DNA of 64,000 bases from Eledone cirrhosa (taxonomy: Eukaryota), in contig OZ024746.1 of the NCBI GenBank assembly GCA_964016885.1, positions 60,884,001 to 60,948,000 on the forward strand, given 5' to 3'. The notes beneath the pieces are model-generated. The model saw only the letters and a list, made by a program, of their open reading frames with translations, was not told the DNA's origin and ran no database searches. Of this stretch, positions 13,051 to 24,472 are shown in pieces (the first letter of the stretch is position 1; every line of letters begins with the position of its first letter). The position numbers and the translations under genes were made by a program.

Positions 13051-13899
13051 AGAAATAGAAAGAATGAGACAGAGTAGAAAAGAGCAAAGAATTGATATAA
13101 GGGCGAGAAAGAATGAAATAAATAAGAGAAGAAAAAAAAAGTGAAATGACAAAAAGGAAGAAAGTTACAGCGAAAGGAAGAAGAGAAAAATAATTGTTTC
13201 TACTTTTAGCACAAGGCCAGCAATTACCCCAGTGTATTACTGGTACTCTATTTTATCGACCCCCGTAAGGATGAAAGGCAAAGTTAACCTCGGCGGGATT
13301 TGAACTCAGAAGAAGAGAACAATAATAAAATGAAATGATATGAAGAAAGAAAAGAAAAAGAAAGAGATAAAAAGAGAACCATAGATGAGAGTAAGTTGAA
13401 ATGAAATAAAAAATAAAAAATTAGATGAAATCACAAAAAAAAAAAAAAAAAAAAAATCGTAAAATAATGAGCTGGACCAAAGACCGAGGAAACTTTGTTG
13501 GAATATAAATGGTTTTGACAGAAAGATTAACTAAATGAGGAGTCGTGTCTTAATACCAATATATCGTTTAATTTTTTAACATCCTATAATGATTTAACAT
13601 AAAATATCCCCACTAAAAACAGGTTTGTTAATTCAAATGTTTATAGTATCTTTACTAGTAGACATGATTACGAAAATTTACAGTAATAAAGTCAAGATTT
13701 CAATTTGTCATAGTACTGTTTTGTACTTTTCAGGAATGTCTTGCTAATGTGGTTTGATCTGGTATGATATAAGAGTTTATTAGGTTGGTAAAATTATTTT
13801 TTTCTCGGCCACAGCGAACACATAAATTCAATACAGAACAAATTAGATGAGTGAAAATGACTGAGAATGTATCTAAACAAAGATTGAGAAGGATGACAA

Positions 13900-14016
13900 T
13901 ATTTTTATACACAGCGTCACATTTTGTACACAACGTCACATATTTTGTATACAACGTCACATATTTTGTACACAACATCACATATTGTGTACAAACGTCA
14001 TATATTTTGTACACAA
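13900..14016. repeat. ~21-bp minisatellite, ~5.5 copies
   Basis: Unit ATTTTGTACACAACGTCACAT. Confidence 0.85.
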
Positions 14017-14596
14017 TGTAGTCCGTAGACCGGGAGAAATGAAGCTGCGGGTTGGATTTTCCACGTGTATCTTAGTTTATCGACCTCTAAGTTAGATAAC
14101 TGATTGAGATTATTGAAAAAATTAGGATTTAGATAACTTTTAGTGTTAGTAACAATATAATAAATATTGTGGCGTTCTATTTTCTCCTCTCTCTCTGACT
14201 ATTGTCACCTTCTCTATTAACACTTGTTGCCTCTTCCTGCACCTCACCCTCTCTGTCCTAATGTCTGCATGTCTGACTGCAACAGATAAGTATTCCAATC
14301 GAGGCCATGGCGAAATTATTTCTCATTGAAAACATAAATATTCGAACACATAGTAATAAGTAGAATAATGGTTCCTTAATTTAGGCACAAGGTCAGCAAT
14401 TGGAAGAGGCGGGGGGGCTTAAAGAAAACTCAATTGTATTGACTCCATTTCTTGACTGATATTTTATTTTATCGAGTCCAGAAGAGTGAAAGACAAAGTT
14501 TATCATGATAATATTTGAACTCAGAATGTAAAGAGTCGAAATAAACACCGCAAATTATTTAGTCCGACACTTTAACGATTCTGCCAACCTAACACC

Positions 14597-14780
14597 TGAT
14601 TGGCAGTATCGTTAGAGGGTCTGACGCCATGCTCTGCAGCAAAGAGTTACGGCCCTTTATGGTCTGAGTCCAAATCCCGCCGAGGTTAACTTTGCCTTTC
14701 ATCCTTACGGGATCGATAAAATAAAGTACCAGTAATGCACTGCGATAATTGCTGGCCTTGTGCCAAAAGTAGAAACAATT
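14597..14780 (+). mobile_element. tRNA-derived SINE, representative copy of the dominant family
   Basis: A-box-like TGGCAGTATCG, B-box-like GAGT(T/C)CAAATCC, central GGTTAACTTTGCCTTTCATCCTTACGG..TCGATAAAATAAAGTACCAG and 3' GCCTTGTGCCAAAAGTAGAAACAATT. Approximate other copies: 4310-4465(-), 8670-8760(+), 8778-8965(+), 10935-11060(-), 12470-12620(-), 13193-13310(-), 14365-14590(-), 15360-15570(-), 17568-17730(+), 22405-22585(-), 29462-29646(-), 31075-31250(+), 40987-41125(-), 45757-45915(+), 46745-47120(-, two). Confidence 0.85.
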
Positions 14781-15032
14781 ATAATGTAGAAAGAGATAGA
14801 AAGTTAAACAATGCAAAATGGACTGGAAGATGAGAAGAAACCGGAACATTATCCTCTGAAAGTTCCTTAAATTCTGAAGAAGGTAATTACAGGTCCCGAA
14901 ATGTTAGGACAGAAAAAAGAACAGCAACAGCAACAGCAAAAAACAAAACAAAGATTACCAGGTAACTAAAAATATATATTGGTGTTATATCAGATGAAAG
15001 AATGGTATTTAACTAATGTATTGGTACGCGAT

Positions 15033-15179
15033 GGGGCCCACCCACAGCCCCGGCGGACAGAATGGAGAAGGCGTTTCCCCGGAGGACGGCAAGGGAGACA
15101 CGCTGGAAAAGCCACTCCAACTCGCGGGGGTCACACCTGCGGCTGGCCAGCTCAGCGCCTATGGTGGTGAGTAAGGGGG
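15033..15179 (-). mobile_element. Fragment of the CRE-like element RLE C-terminus
   Basis: The reverse complement matches about 21495-21650 and encodes LLTTIGAELASRRCDPRELEWLFQRVSLAVLRGNAFSIL. Confidence 0.8.
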
Positions 15180-16029
15180 TAACTTACTTTTTCGTTACGT
15201 CATCTCACAGTCCATTTTGCATTGTTTATCCTTCTATCTCTTTCCACATTATATATCATAATACAATGCTCCAAGCAAACTATAACATTTTAATATTATA
15301 AATTTCTTTTCATTGACACAAGGCCAATTATTTGGGGAGAGAGGTGTATAATACTCCCAAATTACTGGCCTTGTGCCAGTAATTTGGGAGGAGGGGAAAG
15401 TCGATTAAATCGACCCAGTACGTTACTGGTATTTTATTTTATCGACCCCGTAAGGATGAAAGGCAAAGTTAACCTCGGCGGGATTTGAACTCAGATCACA
15501 AAGGGCCGTAACTCTATGCTGCAAAGCATGGCGTCCGACCGTCTACCGATACTGCCAATCCACCGCCCTAAGAGAGGTGAATAATAATCAAGTGGATTGA
15601 TTCAGTATATTTCAGCTTGCCAGGTGTTCGTATGTTTTGTGACACGTTGGGGCTGTACCTGGGAAGTTCCATTCCAAAATGTGGACCTGGTCAAGGGGTT
15701 ATTTTATGAAAGACCAGCGGTTGCTGATCTCCCTTGCCTTCCATCTTTCTAGGTTTAAAAAATCCTTGCTCAACAGTGGAGCTCCAACGAAAGGAGAAGT
15801 GGTACATCTGATGAAGTACATTGCTGTTACATGAATAAAACGAGGTGTGCTGCAGTGAAGCAGGATAAACTCAAGAAGAAAATATTTATTTGATCAATTC
15901 TGGAGTGATCAAGCGTAAAATTGAATCAAGTGAGATTTAAGTTTAGAACGTAAAGGAACATAAACTAAATATTGAAAATAGTTTAGTTCAGCACTCTCTT
16001 AACAATCGAGTAAGCCAAACTAGGGAGCC

Positions 16030-16470
16030 AACGACTTCTACGTGGTCATTCGACCGGCAACAAATAGCAGCCAAATCTTCCTCAAATTATACTATACCAA
16101 TCATAAAAAATACAACAACAAAAGTAAATCGGATAACATAATCTTAGATACACTGCCTTGAATAATGATGGAATAGTGAGACCAGTTTATTCATAGCTTA
16201 TCTGGGACTCAACAGCATCGAAGAAGCTGCCATGAGATTACTTGGCTTATTGAAAATAGCAAGCAAATTTCCCTCAAAACACCCACTACTATCTTACGAA
16301 AAAAAAAAAAAAATGAAATCACAAGGTCATATAATAGTCATAAATACGCTATGTCTGGAAAAGAAAATGACGGGATGATCATGGTTGGAATGCCTGGGAC
16401 AAGTTGATCCTTGCTGAAACACATTTGATTACAAGTCAGCTAAATTAGGGCTGACTTGGAGCGAAACGAC
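16030..16470 (+). repeat. Unclassified dispersed repeat family (two adjacent degenerate copies)
   Basis: The motif GCTAGAAATAGCAGCCAAAT-T-CCTCAAATCACACC...GGATGGTCATGGCTGGAATGCCTTTGATCA recurs degenerately at ~7600-7750, 10470-10730, 11290-11470(-), 12155, 17060 and 29840-30030. Confidence 0.6.
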
Positions 16471-17897
16471 AAACCCAACAAAATATATTTACAAATCTAA
16501 CGAAAAGAAAAAAAAATAAGAAAAGAAAAAAAGACCGCCCCCGCCCACTAAAACACAAGCAAACCTCGAACGACCCTGAAATACATACGGAATATTGACA
16601 ATAACAGTAACAAACCAGGCCCATATAAAGCTGGTAATAGGCTCAGGCCAGATATGAAATACAGACCCCATTCCAAACTGTTCATTAAGTATTTTAGTAA
16701 TCAGTGTTAAATATATACAACTTATGTATGGGTTACGAGTTATAATTATGTATGGGATATATGTACAGAGAAATTTTGTCAGGCAGAGAAAAACTGCGTT
16801 CGGGCCTGGTGGGATTGAAGGAAATCCTCTCAAAATCCAAGAAAATCGAGAGGTTTTATAGAGGGCCCCAACTTTGTTCTTCAGGCCCTGAATTGGTGTA
16901 CATATAATTACAAGTAAGGAAACAGAATAAGATTAGAGTTTGTGTGGAATGTGGTCCCCCAAAATTATAGGTCCTGTCGCCCTCTCTTCTAACCTGGTTA
17001 CCACACCTGTAAACTAATATAAACTACAACAAACTAATATATACTAAATTAATACGAGTTTCTACATGGTCATTCATCCCACTAGAAATCCTTCTCAAAT
17101 GACCCTCTCCACTCCGCCCAATTATCTTTAAAAAGAAAAGAAATTTTTTGATAATGTATTTCAAAAATACCCAAGTCAAAGGAGCAAGGGCCATCGTGAC
17201 TTGCGTGAGGAAGGGAGTAAGTTATCTTCAAATCAGGTACTTAGTCCAAATATTTGCAATAGAGTGGTCTCCGCTAAAGTTACCTCAGGGCAAAGTAGCT
17301 GTTTTAAACCGGGTGGTAGATTAAGTCTACCACCAAAGAACATGAACGGTTACACAGTTGCCCCGAATCAAATTTCACTCAGAAGGGTTTTGCCGACCCG
17401 AAGCGATAGTAGAAGGCATTTGTTTAGGGTGCTGAGAAGTAGGACTGAGAGCGAAACCACGTAGTTGCGAAGAGAACTTCTTAAATTCCTAGGTATATTC
17501 CTTCATCTCCGTCGAGATGGTCATAAGTGAAATGAATAACTTAAAAAAAAGATTTGCACAACCAAGGGGTGGATTGGCAGAATCGTTAGAGCGCCAGACA
17601 AAATGTCCGGCAGTATTTCATTACGAGGTTTTACGTCCTGAGTTCAAATTTCGTCGAGGTTAATTTTGCCTTTTATCTACATGGGGCTGATAAAAATAAA
17701 ATGCCAGTCAGCTATTAAAGTCGATTCAATACTCCTGTAAATCATTCTAGATGTGAATATAATAGCAGACGAAAAAACCCCAAAAAACAAAAAAAAAAAA
17801 AAACAACAAAAACAAAACAGAATAAACTTTGACCTGAATAATAATAACAACAATATTTACAACAGCAAGATTTAAGAAGAAAATCAAAATGACTTAC

Positions 17898-18008
17898 CGG
17901 CGGGAATTTGTTTGGCCAGACAGCAGCTGACTGCTAGGCCTGTTATGACGGAAAGTAGAAGTTTGTAGATATACATTGGTGATCCACAGTAAAAGTCAGC
18001 CGACCAAT
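17898..18008 (-). CDS. Putative host-gene exon (111 bp) encoding a signal-peptide-like hydrophobic segment
   Basis: TTACTTCAG acceptor and CCG|GTAAGT donor. The open frame reads WSADFYCGSP-MYIYKLLLSVITGLAVSCCLAKQIPA (ATG at 17976) and the intron is phase 1. Unique, non-repetitive sequence. Confidence 0.55.
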
Positions 18009-18569
18009 CTGAAGTAATGCCTTGTTGTTGCCACAGCTAATAAACTACTACTACTACTGCTACTACCACTACTATAATTAAAATGATAACAATAATAATA
18101 TTATTAGAGAAACAGCTGTTGTAATATAAACTATTATAGCAACAGTAATGCTATTACTGTATCTAATAGCAATGATGATGTTATGCTATTATAGCATATA
18201 TTAATACTACTACTACTGTTGCTGCTGTTTTTACCGGCCGGTAAAATGACACAAAGTAAGCGCTTAGCTAAGCTTTATGTTATATATAAATATATATATA
18301 TATATGTATATATGTGTGTGTATGTGTATATGTATAAATACAGTATATCAAAAGTTTGTTTGTAAATTGTAGTGTTAGTAAAAGTAGTAATTATAGTTAT
18401 AGTTATAGTTCTTTGAGTAATTGTCGAAGCAATAATACTATTAGTATAACAGCTGGCCGTCAGAACGCTTATATGACTAGTGATGTTTGTATATATTGTA
18501 ACAAGTAGTCATTGCTTACAATAAACACGATGCGTCTGACATTAAATCCTATATTATAATGTATATTGT

Positions 18570-18600
<31 letters not shown>

Positions 18601-19298
18601 TATGTTATATCATACGTATGTAAATATCTATGTTCCGTCTGTCAACATAGGCATATAGCTAACGTGTTAAAAGTCTCGAAGTCTAGCTTGATAGCTTGCT
18701 TGGTTACCAGAGATGTGATGTTTCAGTGATTCCATGCCACTTTTAAAACACTTTGCCCGGCCTTTTGATTCGCCAGAATTAGCAAAAGGAAGAAGAAAAA
18801 AAAAAAAAGACGAAGAAGAAGATGATGATGAAGAAGAAGGAAAACAAATAATGAAGATGATGAAGAAGAAGAAGAAGAAGAAGAAGAAGAAGAAGAAGAA
18901 GAAGAAGAAGAAGAAGAAGAAGAAGAAGAAGGATGAGAAGAAGAAGAAGAAGAAGAAGAAGAAGAAGAAGAAGAAGAAGAAGAAGAAGGATGAGGAGAAC
19001 TAAAAAATAAAATAAAATAAAATAAAAAAATATAAGAAAACTAGTCAAGACGAAGCGAAAGGAAAAAAAATAGGTGGGGTAGGGTGGAAGTGGAGGTGCG
19101 GAAGATTTACGAAAGCAATAATAACAACAACAACAACAACAAAAGAGTAAAGTGTAACTAGCATTGCCGTCACAACAACAACAACAACAACAGCATCAAC
19201 GATGATAAACACTTCGTAGAAGAATAGCCTTTTCTTTTATACTTGATTTTAAACGCACTTTAGTGCAAACACTGGCGATGTTTTGATGTATGTACACA

Positions 19299-19379
<81 letters not shown>

Positions 19380-19754
19380 CCACACACACACACATACAGA
19401 CGCACATACACACATATATTTGTGTGTATATACACACACACACATATATATATACACACACATATGTATAATTACATACACGCATACATTCTCACGACGT
19501 CTATATAAACATATATATATAATATATATATATATATAATATATATATAAATATAATATATATATAATATATATATATATATAATATATATATATATATA
19601 ATATATATATAATATATATACAATGCGACAGTGTGTATGCATGTGTATGCGTGAGTGTGTGTCTGTTTGCGTTTATTTTGTGTGTGTGTGTGTGCATATG
19701 TGTGTGCGTGTGTGTGTGCGTGCGCGTGCGTTTGCGTTTACTCTGTGTGTGTGT

Positions 19755-19785
<31 letters not shown>

Positions 19786-20326
19786 CATGTGCGTATGTGT
19801 GTGTGCATGTGCGTGCGTGTGTGCGCGTGCGTAGGTGCGCGCGCGAGACTGTGTGTATGTATATGCATATGCGCGCGTGTGTAATTGTGTGTGTGTGTGT
19901 AAACAGGTAGGGGTTTGCGCAAATACAAACAAACATACAAACAAACAAACAAACAAACATACAAATAATGAAATAAATAAGTGAAAGAACAAAAAAAAAA
20001 AAGATAACGATAAGCATTGGTGTGAGAAGTGATTTAACAGCTGTGTCTGTTCGTGATGTAGTGTGACGTCGGGTAGCATAAGGGTGGCATAGTATGACGT
20101 AGGGTGGCTGAGGGTGATAGCGTGTATGAAGGACAGGGTGTGAGAACAGGGTAGTGCTAGGGTGGGATAAAGGGAGAGTGCTTGTTTTGGCCGCAGATAT
20201 GGCCAAATGATTATGAAGTTCGCTTTGCAGTTACGTCGTTCAGAGTTCGATTCTAATGCCCTTACCATGCTCCGGGGTAACGCCTTCTCCATTCTGTCCG
20301 CCGGGGCTGTGGGGAGGCCAGCACAT

Positions 20327-21338
20327 GGGACCCCATTTGCTCACCATACAGAGAGATGGGAAGGGTGAGAGAGATGGAGGCGATGACAGTGGGAGTTCGG
20401 CTCTTCCACGTTCGGACCATGGACCCTATTTTCTCCCCATACAGAGAGATGTGGAGGGCGAGAGAGATGGGGAGGGCGAGAGAGATGGAAGAGATGACAG
20501 TGGGAGTTCGGCTCTTCCACGTCCGGACCAGGGACCCCATTTTCTCACCATACAGAGAGATGGGAAGGGCGAGAGAGATGGGAAGGGCGAGAGAGATGGA
20601 AGAGATGGCAGTGGGAGTTCGGCTCTTCCACGTTCGGACCAGGGACCCCATTTGCTCACCATACAGAGAGATGGGAAGGGCGAGAGAGATGGAGGCGATG
20701 ACAGTGGGAGTTCGGCTCTTCCACGTTCGGACCATGGACCCTATTTTCTCCCCATACAGAGAGATGTGGAGGGCGAGAGAGATGGGGAGGGCGAGAGAGA
20801 TGGAAGAGATGACAGTGGGAGTTCGGCTCTTCCACGTCCGGACCAGGGACCCCATTTTCTCACCATACAGAGAGATGGGAAGGGCGAGAGAGATGGGAAG
20901 GGCGAGAGAGATGGAAGAGATGACAGTGGGAGTTCGGCTCTTCCACGTTCGGACCAGGGACCCCATTTGCTCACCATACAGAGAGATGGGAAGGGCGAGA
21001 GAGATGGAGGCGATGACAGTGGGAGTTAGGCTCTTCCACGTTCGGACCAGGGACCCCATTTGCTCCCCATACAGAGAGATGGGAAGGGCAAGAGAGATGG
21101 AGGCGATGACAGTGGGAATTCGGCTCTTCCACGTTCGGACCAGGGACCCCATTTGCTCACCATACAGAGAGATGGGGAGGGCGAGAGAGATGGAAGAGAT
21201 GACAGTGGGAGTTCGGCTCTTCCACGTCCGGACCAGGGACCCCATTTGCTCCCCATACAGAGAGATGGGAAGGGCGAGAGAGATGGAGGCGATGACAGTG
21301 GGAGTTCGGCTCTTCCACGTTCGGACCATATCCTTGTG
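20327..21338 (+). repeat. Tandem array of 10 units of 93 or 111 bp (111 = 93 + 18-bp duplication)
   Basis: The GTGGGAGTTCGG anchor (minor variants) occurs at 20389, 20500, 20611, 20704, 20815, 20926, 21019, 21112, 21205 and 21298. A 315-bp (111+111+93) block is duplicated. Confidence 0.95.
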
Positions 21339-21641
21339 AGCCGCAACCTGGTACAGTCTGTGACTAACCCAGGTTCTGCTGCACGTCGGGCTGAGGAGGT
21401 CAAATTCTCCAAGTACCGGTCGCTCTCCGACAAGTTCGCAGTCGTGCCCTTGGCAGTGGAGACTTCTGGTGTCCTTGGCCCCAGGTCTACCTCTCTACTT
21501 ACCACCATAGGCGTTGAGCTGGCTAGCCGCAGGTGTGAGCCTCGTGAGATGGAATGGCTCTTCCAGCGCATCTCCCTTACCATCCTCCGGGGAAACGCCT
21601 TCTCCATTCTGTCTACCGGGGCTGAGGGGAAACCAGCACGT

Positions 21642-22281
21642 GGGACCCCATTTGCTCACCATACAGAGAGATGGGGAGGGCGAGAGAGATGGAGGCGATA
21701 ACAGTGGGAGTTCGGCTCTTCCACGTCCGGACCAGGGACCCCATTTGCTCCCCATACATAGAGATGGGAAGGACGAGAGAGATGGAGGAGATGACAGTGG
21801 GAGTTCGGCTCTTCCACGTTCGGACCATGGACCCTATTTTCTCCCCATACATCGAGATGGGGAGGGCGAGAGAGATGGGGAGGGCGAAAGAGATGGAGGC
21901 GATGACAGTGGGAGTTCGGCTCTTCCACGTTCGGACCATGGACCCTATTTTCTCCCCATACATCGAGATGGGGAGGGCGAGAGAGATGGGGAGGGCGAAA
22001 GAGATGGAGGCGATGACAGTGGGAGTTCGGCTCTTCCACGTTCGGACCATGGACCCTATTTTCTCCCCATACATCGAGATGGGGAGGGCGAGAGAGATGG
22101 GGAGGGCGAAAGAGATGGAGGCGATGACAGTGGGAGTTCGGCTCTTCCACGTTCGGACCATGGACCCTATTTTCTCCCCATACATCGAGATGGGGAGGGC
22201 GAGAGAGATGGGGAGGGCGAAAGAGATGGAGGCGATGACAGTGGGAGTTCGGCTCTTCCACGTTCGGACCATATCCTTGTG
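21642..22281 (+). repeat. Tandem array of 6 units of the same 93/111-bp repeat
   Basis: Anchor at 21704, 21797, 21908, 22019, 22130 and 22241. Confidence 0.95.
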
Positions 22282-22625
22282 CTAAGAATGTGTGTTAATA
22301 CTGCTGCTGTTGGGATCATAGAGATTATATGTGTGATTTTGTGTGTAGTAGACATCCACGCATTCACACACATCCACGTTTACATTTGTTCGTGTAATAA
22401 AAATGGATTCTACTTTTGACACAAGGCCAGCAATTATCCCAGTTCATTACTTTATTTTATCGACCCCGTAAGGATGAGGGGCAAAGTTAACCTCGGCGGG
22501 ATTTGAACTCAGATCGTAAAGGGGCGTAACTCTATGCTGCAAAGCATGGCGTCCGACCCTCTACCGATACTGCTAATCCACCGCAGTAAAGATAATTATA
22601 TATATATATATATAATACACACACA

Positions 22626-22691
<66 letters not shown>

Positions 22692-23705
22692 GGGAAAATA
22701 GGGTTTGAAAAATTCAATGATTGACCTTTTGGTTATTTAAAAAGTTTCTGTATTAATGTGCTAAGTAATTTGATGATTATTTATATATTTTTGTTTACTT
22801 TTACCAGTTTCAGTTGTGTTTACGGCCTTTTCAAAAAGATTTTCGTTACAGTCTTTCTAGACATTTTATTTTCATTTATATTTATCTCACATGGTTGGTC
22901 GCTTGTGTTATTGCTGAATACAAAGGTTGCCACTGGTTTTAACTTTGTCGCTTACGTCAAGAATACGGTTAATTTAAACAGGCGTAATTTAGGGTTGATT
23001 ATGTGTTTTTTTTTAATAAATTTTTTTTTCATATGCTATCTGGTACCTTCTGAAATTTTACATTTCGTTTTAGTTCCAAACTCAACTCTATATAATAAAA
23101 CTACATGGCTTCTAAACTGTAATCAATTCCATCGCAGTCAACCGAAACTCTAAATTATTTACTTTCAATATCAATAGTCACAATAAGGGAGTTAAGAAGT
23201 TCATATTACAATTCTGAACTCCTGGATTCAGTCTCTCTGCGAGTGTCAACCCAAGCCGAATAGACTGTTCCTATATTTCAAACATCCAATCGTATTACAC
23301 CCGGTTTTACGCTGATTCTATCTGGGATTTACGTTTAGGTTACACGTATAAGTGATAACCCATCTATTTACATGTTATTTTAACGAATAGGTAATTTGGT
23401 TGATCGAACAACTGAATGTTCATCGCCGAAATCGACCGAGGATCCGCCCCCATCCTTTTCTCTGTCACATTATCAAAGAATAAGGTTTTTGAATGTTCAA
23501 GTATGACATTATTAGCAACAATTGCCTCACTCCATTTAATGCCTTCTATTAACTATAGTTAGGCAACGTGGGGGTAAAAACAGATTTTTAAAACTCCTAG
23601 AAATATATAAAAACAAAAATGAAAACGAACTTGCATGTAGACATCAACCGATTTTCAGACTTAGTGCAAGACTTTAAAATGATAAGAGACATTGCATGGC
23701 AAGTT

Positions 23706-23765
23706 TTAAGGTTTACGCCTCTTTAAAGAGTACGATCTCAGCAAAAGAAGTAATATAGCTTCAAA
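23706..23765 (-). CDS. Putative second exon coding part (FEAILLLLLRSYSLKRRKP*)
   Basis: Strong acceptor TTTGTTTTTGTATTTTCAG| at 23766. It is in phase 0 with MASVI, giving a 24-aa ORF. Confidence 0.35.
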   Translation of the reverse strand, partial: FEAILLLLLRSYSLKRRKP

Positions 23766-24051
23766 CTGAAAATACAAAAACAAACAAACAAACAAAGGAA
23801 AAAAAAAGCTTTTAGATTCAGACCCGTCATGATATGAGATAACCTCTTACTCTATAGTAATCACCAACGAATGATAAGTCTTTGGTTGAAATAAACAAAT
23901 CGAATTAGCGGGAAGAAAAATTCAAAATATTTTCGCGCCAAAACGAGAAAGGATTAACCAAAAGAAAGAGAAAAAAGAGAGAAAAATGATTAAAAGGGAA
24001 CAAAAATGCGGTGACTGTATGGAAGAGTGAGGAAGTCTGTGACAGACTTAC

Positions 24052-24066
24052 AATAACGGACGCCAT
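24052..24066 (-). CDS. Putative first coding micro-exon (MASVI) of a host transcript
   Basis: CAAAATGGCGTCCGTTATT|GTAAGT: strong start context that overlaps a YY1-type CGCCATTTT motif, followed by a consensus donor. Confidence 0.45.
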
Positions 24067-24472
24067 TTTGAATTGTCAAATAAGATTCTTGGAATGTTTT
24101 TCTACACCCAGGTTATCTATCTGTCTATCTATCTATCTTTCTCTCTATCAGACGTGTGTAACTTTGCGGAGAAGTTTCCGTTAATTTATGTAAGAAAAAA
24201 ACGTGAGTTTTTAGTTAAATTTTATATTATTGTGTAACTTGACCCCCCCGTCTGGACCTTCAGGTGGTGGGTCAACTCATTTTCGCCCCTACAGCGAAGA
24301 AATATCCGTTTGAAAAATGTTTTCTCCATCGAATCTTGGAAAAAATATTGTAAAAGTTTGATTACGTTATGAACGCTGCGTCCAACGTAATGGTGGTGGA
24401 GAGGCGGTAAGACTACAAAGCTCGCAGTCAACATCGTCTTCTCCCCCTTCCTTCTCAATAGACACTATAGAG

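Larger units (their letters stand above)
20259..22281 (+). mobile_element. Two head-to-tail 5'-truncated CRE-like RLE retrotransposon 3' ends (20259-21338 and 21339-22281), each ending in a 93/111-bp tandem array
   Basis: 21339-21701 encodes SAARRAEEVKFSKYRSLSDKFAVVPLAVETSGVLG...WLFQRISLTILRGNAFSIL, resembling the C-terminal RLE region of CRE-clade elements. Copy 1 begins within the same motif. Both copies end CGGACCATATCCTTGTG. Confidence 0.75.

Noticed and set aside
14597-14690. tRNA genes at A/B-box motifs
   Set aside because: They are SINE heads. No complete cloverleaf is evident and the same SINE body always follows.
18734-19048. Poly-Lys / poly-Leu ORFs
   Set aside because: (AAG)n microsatellite.
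20327-22281. CRISPR-like array or a repetitive protein gene (200-355 aa ORFs in several frames)
   Set aside because: Units are near-identical throughout with no spacers. ORFs stay open on both strands only because unit lengths (93, 111) are multiples of 3.
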